A stretch of 64,000 nucleotides of DNA, taken from the IMG/VR virus record IMGVR_UViG_3300034033_000050; one strand, 5' to 3'. This DNA is from a virus. Numbering within the stretch: position 1 is the stretch's first letter; every line of letters starts with the position of its first letter. A model generated the notes under the pieces. It saw only the letters and a program-made list of their open reading frames with translations, ran no database searches and was not told the DNA's origin. The position numbers were made by a program, and so were the translations under genes. Below are positions 59,360 through 64,000 of this stretch, piece by piece.

Positions 59360-59433
59360 CGTGAATTGACACTTGAAATGGCGATAAATCTCACTCTTGT
59401 TGACAGAAATCTCAATCTTGTTGGCAATTCACG
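59360..59433. promoter_or_regulatory. tandem 20-bp direct repeat (period 21) flanked by a 9-bp inverted repeat
   Basis: AAATCTCACTCTTGTTGACA (59386-59405) and AAATCTCAATCTTGTTGGCA (59407-59426); CGTGAATTG (59360) and CAATTCACG (59425). Confidence 0.7.
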
Positions 59434-59447
59434 GGATGAAAAATGTG

Positions 59448-60632
59448 TTAATCCCATTTTAGTGCCGTTTTGGAATAGTCGATTACGGTCGTCTCAAAAA
59501 AATTTTTCTCCTTACGAAGATTGGCCTGTTCATCAAGCCACGGTAAAGCACACTGCGCCCCAGGGAAAGGTTCAGAAAATCCCAAGCTTCTTGCTCTTCT
59601 ATTGGCTATATATCTAGATTGTTCAATATGCTCTAAAGCTGAATAGCCTAAAATCGGTTTTTTTAAAATAAAATGGGCATAAGCAGACTCAGCAGCATCT
59701 GATTCTTCCCACATGTTTTTAAGTGCTTTAGGCTCAAGTTTGATGTCATTTTCAATGAATATTTGTTTAATAACACGTATACCAAAAGATGCATGCATGA
59801 CTTCATCACGCATAATATATTGAAATTGCTGGCCTGTGGCTGCCATCATTCCCCTTCTTTGAAGAGAAAATATAGGAGAGAATCCGTTATAGAACCAGGT
59901 TCCTTCGAAGATAGCAGCAAAAAATATATAGGCCATAATAAATTCATGAAGATCATCTTTATTAGTTAGATCCATATTAGATTTCAATACAGAATCAAGT
60001 CTACGATTAGCAATTTGAATTTTTCCATTTATAGCTGGCACAACTCGATAACGGTTGTAAATCTCTCCCTGGTCTAGTCCGATGGTTTCGATACAATGTT
60101 GATAGGTCCATGTATGTAACGCTTCTTCATAGACTTGACGTGCTTGATAAATTTGAAGTTCTGGAGCAGTCATTTTTTCCATAACAGCCAAACCAATATT
60201 GCGCATAGCTAAAATATCAGACGTGGTAAGATATGACAGAACATTTTCATAAACATGTCGCTCATCATCATTAAGCTTATGGTAAAAATCAGAAACATCT
60301 CCAGACATTTGAATATCTAAAGGGGTCCAGTGATTTGAATTACTATTGAGAAAATACTTCCATGCCCAAGGATATTTAAATGGGGCTAATTGGTTAATAT
60401 CAGATGTTCCCCCAACAACTCTTTTGTCATCAGGATTAATGGGTACTACTCCTCCTTCAACAGAACTCCTTTTATTTGCATCCTTAAATTTATCAGGAAT
60501 TTCTGTAATAACATCAACATTCTTTTCAGGTGCGTCTTTTATATTTTGTTTTGGAGGTTCAATATTGTTTTCAGTCTGAGGCTTATTTAATCCTTTTCCT
60601 AAAGGATCTGCCCATGTTTTAGTTAGGTTCAT
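59448..60632 (-). CDS. nrdB: class Ia ribonucleotide reductase beta subunit
   Basis: D..EEALH...Y radical site, EG..FY, DEVMH, C-terminal NFFETTVIDY; Pseudomonas-type QLAPFKYPWAW. Confidence 0.92.
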   Translation of the reverse strand: MNLTKTWADPLGKGLNKPQTENNIEPPKQNIKDAPEKNVDVITEIPDKFKDANKRSSVEGGVVPINPDDKRVVGGTSDINQLAPFKYPWAWKYFLNSNSNHWTPLDIQMSGDVSDFYHKLNDDERHVYENVLSYLTTSDILAMRNIGLAVMEKMTAPELQIYQARQVYEEALHTWTYQHCIETIGLDQGEIYNRYRVVPAINGKIQIANRRLDSVLKSNMDLTNKDDLHEFIMAYIFFAAIFEGTWFYNGFSPIFSLQRRGMMAATGQQFQYIMRDEVMHASFGIRVIKQIFIENDIKLEPKALKNMWEESDAAESAYAHFILKKPILGYSALEHIEQSRYIANRRARSLGFSEPFPGAQCALPWLDEQANLRKEKNFFETTVIDYSKTALKWD

Positions 60633-60832
60633 TTTATCTCTCTCTAATTGAGATAATAATAAACTCTCAATTATTAATTGCTATATATTAATACAGTGAA
60701 GCAATGACGTGCATTCTTCTTGAAATGAAAGATAACACAATAAAGCCAATAATGCATTAAAAACATAAAATGAAAAAATAGTTTAATTTAAAAATAGAAT
60801 AATAAAATTAATGAAGATGGAAAAGTAGGGGT

Positions 60833-61135
60833 CTAACTAATATAAAAACCATTATTAGAATTTTCTTTAAACACAAGTATAATAATTACATTATTTCTTA
60901 GCCTTAACTCCAACTCATGAATTTTAAGAAATTTATTTACATTGTATGAAATAATTTCAGCATCAATTAAATTATGAGATTTGCTGTCATGCAAAAAAGG
61001 AGTCCCATCTTTATATGAAATTGTAGCATCAAGAATAATTGAGTAATTATCCTCTAAAAGCAATTGTGTTACATTCCCACCAATTGTTTCAATAGAAACA
61101 ATGGAATCACCTATCAAAGAAAAACCATCAGACAT
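60833..61135 (-). CDS. hypothetical protein
   Basis: Intact ORF in a very AT-rich stretch. Confidence 0.45.
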   Translation of the reverse strand: MSDGFSLIGDSIVSIETIGGNVTQLLLEDNYSIILDATISYKDGTPFLHDSKSHNLIDAEIISYNVNKFLKIHELELRLRNNVIIILVFKENSNNGFYIS

Positions 61136-61241
61136 AAAATAAATATTTAATATAAAAATGTATTATAAATCAAATAATGAAACAACTATATAAAATACCA
61201 ATATAGGTTAATAATAACATAAGAAACTACCAAGATGGCCT

Positions 61242-61367
61242 CCTCACCAGAATACTAAAACTGTGTCAGAACCTCACCAAATAGTAAAATTGTGTCAGAA
61301 CCTCACCAGAATAGCAAAACTGTGTCAGAACCTCACCAAATAGCAAAACTGTGCCAGAACCTCACCA
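61242..61367 (+). repeat. iteron set 1: four full copies plus one partial TGTGTCAGAACCTCACCA, period 29-30 bp
   Basis: Cores at 61262, 61291, 61321, 61350; partial at 61242. Confidence 0.9.
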
Positions 61368-61505
61368 AAATAATGAAATATACAAAAAAAACAAAGAAAA
61401 CAGTGCGGTATTAACACGTTCTAGCATAAGATTAGAGTTATATAGCATTAAAGCTCCCGAATATATGTAACTTCAACACACTAAATTGGGACTATTACGA
61501 GGTTC

Positions 61506-61974
61506 TGGTGAGGTTCTGACACAGTGTTTTGGGGTTATTGCGTGAATCTGGTGAGGTTCTGACACAGTATTTTGGGGTTATTGCGTGAATCTGGTGAGGT
61601 TTTAACACACTAAACTGGGACTATTACGAGGTTCTGGTGAGGTTCTGACACAGTATTTTGGGGTTATTGCGTGAATATGGTGAGGTTTTAACACACTAAA
61701 TTGGGACTATTACGAGGTTCTGGTGAGGTTTTAACACAGTGTTTTGGCGCTATTGCGTGAATCAAGTGAGGTTCTGACACGCTAATTAGGTGCTATTACG
61801 TGAATCTAATGAGGTTTCAACACACTAAATTGGGACTATAAACCGGTTCTGGTGAGGTTTTAACACAGTGTTCTGGGACTATTACGAGGTTCTGGTGAGG
61901 TTTTAACACAATTTTGGTGAGGTTTTAAAACAGCATGGTGAGGTTGTGAAACAACGTGGTGAGGTTGTGAAACA
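61506..61974 (+). repeat. iteron set 2 (inverted): 13 copies of TGGTGAGGTTYTRACACA; probable oriV
   Basis: Ten copies at exact 43-bp period (61506-61893), three more at 21-22 bp (61915, 61936, 61957), then an AT-rich tract (about 61975-62080) and the rep gene. Confidence 0.9.
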
Positions 61975-62082
61975 GTAAAAATATTTAAAACGTATATACC
62001 ACGCCGTCTATAGAGCTAAATATTTAGTTATATAATAATGTATTAATAATAATGTATTCTAACTAATGTTTAAAAACATTAA

Positions 62083-63741
62083 ATGATGAAAAAAAAAGAT
62101 AAAAGGAAAAAAATGTTAAGCAAAGAAGAAGAAGAAAAAGAACGCATTAAAGAAAAGCTTAAAAAGCAATATTTAGAATCAGCGGAAACTGAGTATGATG
62201 ATAATGAAAAAGTATCTAACAGTCTTCTTGATACTCCTTCCATGATAAATGCTCAAGCAAATAATATAAATGAACAAACCAAATTTGATGACGTAGACAT
62301 TGATGATTTATGTGAGATAGGTGAATCCAAAAACTTAAATTTAGATGATTACGAAATAATCACAGATACTACAGCATACGAAGATTATGGAATAAAACCA
62401 TTTGAACATTTCGGGAATAAAAAAGTTGCTATAACAGAAGAAATTATAAACAAAAACAGATTGATCCAAACCGAAAGGAGTATAGAAAGGTATGTAGGGC
62501 AAATCTTTCCATCAAATAAATCAGAAAGATTAAACAAGGAATACAGCAAGCAATGGCCAGTAAAGGCAAGACATAAAATTTCTGGAAAAGTCATAACTGT
62601 GGGAACCCAAGGAATAAAGATAAAACCATCGCTTGATAAACTTCGGTATACCACAGAGACATTGAAAATATATTGGGCACTAATATTTTTGTGGAACGCA
62701 AATGGCTGTCCAGAAGCTAATGTTGAGATTGAAAGCAATTTAAGTGATCTTTGTAAAATACTAACCATCGAAAAAAATGGGGAAGTATATAAAAGGCTAA
62801 TCAAAGAATTATATTGCCTTAAGGAGACAAGTTTAGAATTCTTGCGCTCGTTTGAAGTAAAGGGCGGGGAAAAATACAAATCCAGAAACATAAATATATT
62901 AACTGAATTCAATCACAATTATCGTGAGAAAACACAAAATAAATACGAAAAAGCATTAGAATTAGACAAAGAACACCAAAGCAAACAAAAATTTTCTTTT
63001 AAATTCAATTCTGACATTATTGAAAACCTCAAAAACAAAGTAACAATCCCGGTTAACCTAAAAGTATTGAATTCAATTCGGTCATCTATTGCTCAAAGCA
63101 TGTACACAAAAACCAACAAAATATTAATGTGGCGGTATAAAGAAGCACTGAGAGGGGGGATAGTAGACTATGAAAATACAGCGCGAAGAATTGTTGGAGA
63201 AATAGGATTAAAACAAAAAAACTATAAATACCCATCAAGAAGAAAAGCATTAATAAATTTAATAGTCAAGGCTCTTGATGGAAAAGAATTAACACAACCA
63301 GGCTACACAATAAAAGCAGAATTATTTGATGCTGCAAACATGGATTACAAAGTAAGATTTACTTTGGTTGTGGATAAAACTAAAATAAAAAAATCAAATA
63401 GGCCAAAAGTTATTAATACTGATCCTGATGTAATAAGGACAATTATAGATAGAATCAAGGAATACATTCAACCAAAAACTAACAAAGATGATGACGCATA
63501 TAAGATTTATGCACAAGTTTATTCTTATGATCTTATTAATGTAGCTGTTGGCCAAGCTAGAGAAAAAGAAGAATATTTAAAAACAATAGGCAATGAAGTA
63601 ACTAATAGAGGCGGCTGGTTTTCTAATACACTTCACCAAGAAGTTCATAAAAAAAGGCTTAAATGGATTGATGGATGTGATGATAACAATGAAAGTTGTC
63701 CAATTTTAAAAAGATTAAAAAATGAAGGTTACATAGTCTAA
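62083..63741 (+). CDS. putative plasmid replication initiator (winged-helix Rep) with acidic N-terminal extension
   Basis: Adjacent to iterons and the AT-rich tract; LKIYWAL...LSDLCKIL...YKRLIKEL..L...F pattern typical of Rep winged-helix proteins. Confidence 0.7.
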   Translation: MMKKKDKRKKMLSKEEEEKERIKEKLKKQYLESAETEYDDNEKVSNSLLDTPSMINAQANNINEQTKFDDVDIDDLCEIGESKNLNLDDYEIITDTTAYEDYGIKPFEHFGNKKVAITEEIINKNRLIQTERSIERYVGQIFPSNKSERLNKEYSKQWPVKARHKISGKVITVGTQGIKIKPSLDKLRYTTETLKIYWALIFLWNANGCPEANVEIESNLSDLCKILTIEKNGEVYKRLIKELYCLKETSLEFLRSFEVKGGEKYKSRNINILTEFNHNYREKTQNKYEKALELDKEHQSKQKFSFKFNSDIIENLKNKVTIPVNLKVLNSIRSSIAQSMYTKTNKILMWRYKEALRGGIVDYENTARRIVGEIGLKQKNYKYPSRRKALINLIVKALDGKELTQPGYTIKAELFDAANMDYKVRFTLVVDKTKIKKSNRPKVINTDPDVIRTIIDRIKEYIQPKTNKDDDAYKIYAQVYSYDLINVAVGQAREKEEYLKTIGNEVTNRGGWFSNTLHQEVHKKRLKWIDGCDDNNESCPILKRLKNEGYIV

Positions 63742-64000
63742 ACAATAAGTAATTATGTTGTTGTCTTAATGGGGTCAAATTTAAGACAATATTTAACAGT
63801 ATCAGGAATAGGGGTGTTGTTTCGCAGCTTGCAAAAAGTTAGTGATCCACCACTACCAGAAAAGGCAACAATATCTGCATGCTTACAAACGGCGCATTTA
63901 TTTGTTTGGCTCAAGATTTTGAATAGATCAGCAAAGTGTCTGGATTTATAGTCAGGATCAAGTGAGGAGTCTTTTTTATTTTTAGTATAAATAGAAATCA

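Noticed and set aside
61506-61974. 43-bp periodic repeat as a CRISPR array
   Set aside because: Linkers are recurring variants of two sequences rather than unique spacers; the position beside rep fits iterons
1739-63951. Numerous antisense or overlapping ORFs in the track (e.g. 1739-1951, 11337-11720, 14130-14834, 53983-54324, 56569-56949, 62385-62912, 63769-63951)
   Set aside because: Shadows of longer, motif-bearing genes, with no RBS or promoter support
1-64000. Calling the window a phage genome; tRNA, rRNA, IS or integrase genes
   Set aside because: No virion, terminase, tRNA, rRNA, transposase or integrase signatures were recognised; phage-plasmid status cannot be decided from this window

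Overview
AT-rich segment of a large, low-copy mobile replicon, most likely a big iteron-type plasmid or phage-plasmid of a gammaproteobacterium (SSB, NrdB and the RpoD-like protein look gammaproteobacterial). There are no capsid, tail, T4SS core, integrase, transposase, tRNA or rRNA genes in the window. About 90 genes from 1 to 61 kb lie almost all on the minus strand, as short transcription units resembling a phage early region or plasmid leading region. Over 35 of these units share a non-canonical promoter, T-rich-G(C/T)-N5-TATAAT, usually without a good -35. Recognisable cargo: two C5 and one amino DNA methyltransferase with no cognate nuclease, NrdJ, a lone NrdB, RecD2, CobB/Sir2, SSB, 5'-nucleotidase, DEDDh exonuclease, ERF-like annealase, SPFH lipoprotein, PAPS-reductase-like protein, SleB hydrolase, ArdC and an AcrVA2/FinQ-family protein. 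The right end holds a two-part iteron array and a rep gene. A second, unrelated repeat array with a DnaA box lies at 23.2 kb. The top candidates for new biology are: (1) a cas-less, separately transcribed two-repeat type I-F CRISPR mini-array with a 19-nt spacer (7890-7964); (2) next to it, a promoter-bounded structured non-coding unit with retron msr-msd-like topology (7336-7626); (3) a strongly diverged RpoD-derived sigma factor inside an operon whose neighbours share a C-terminal P-x-G-P-x-M-like tail; (4) the element-wide promoter motif. All family assignments are from motif recognition by eye, not database searches.
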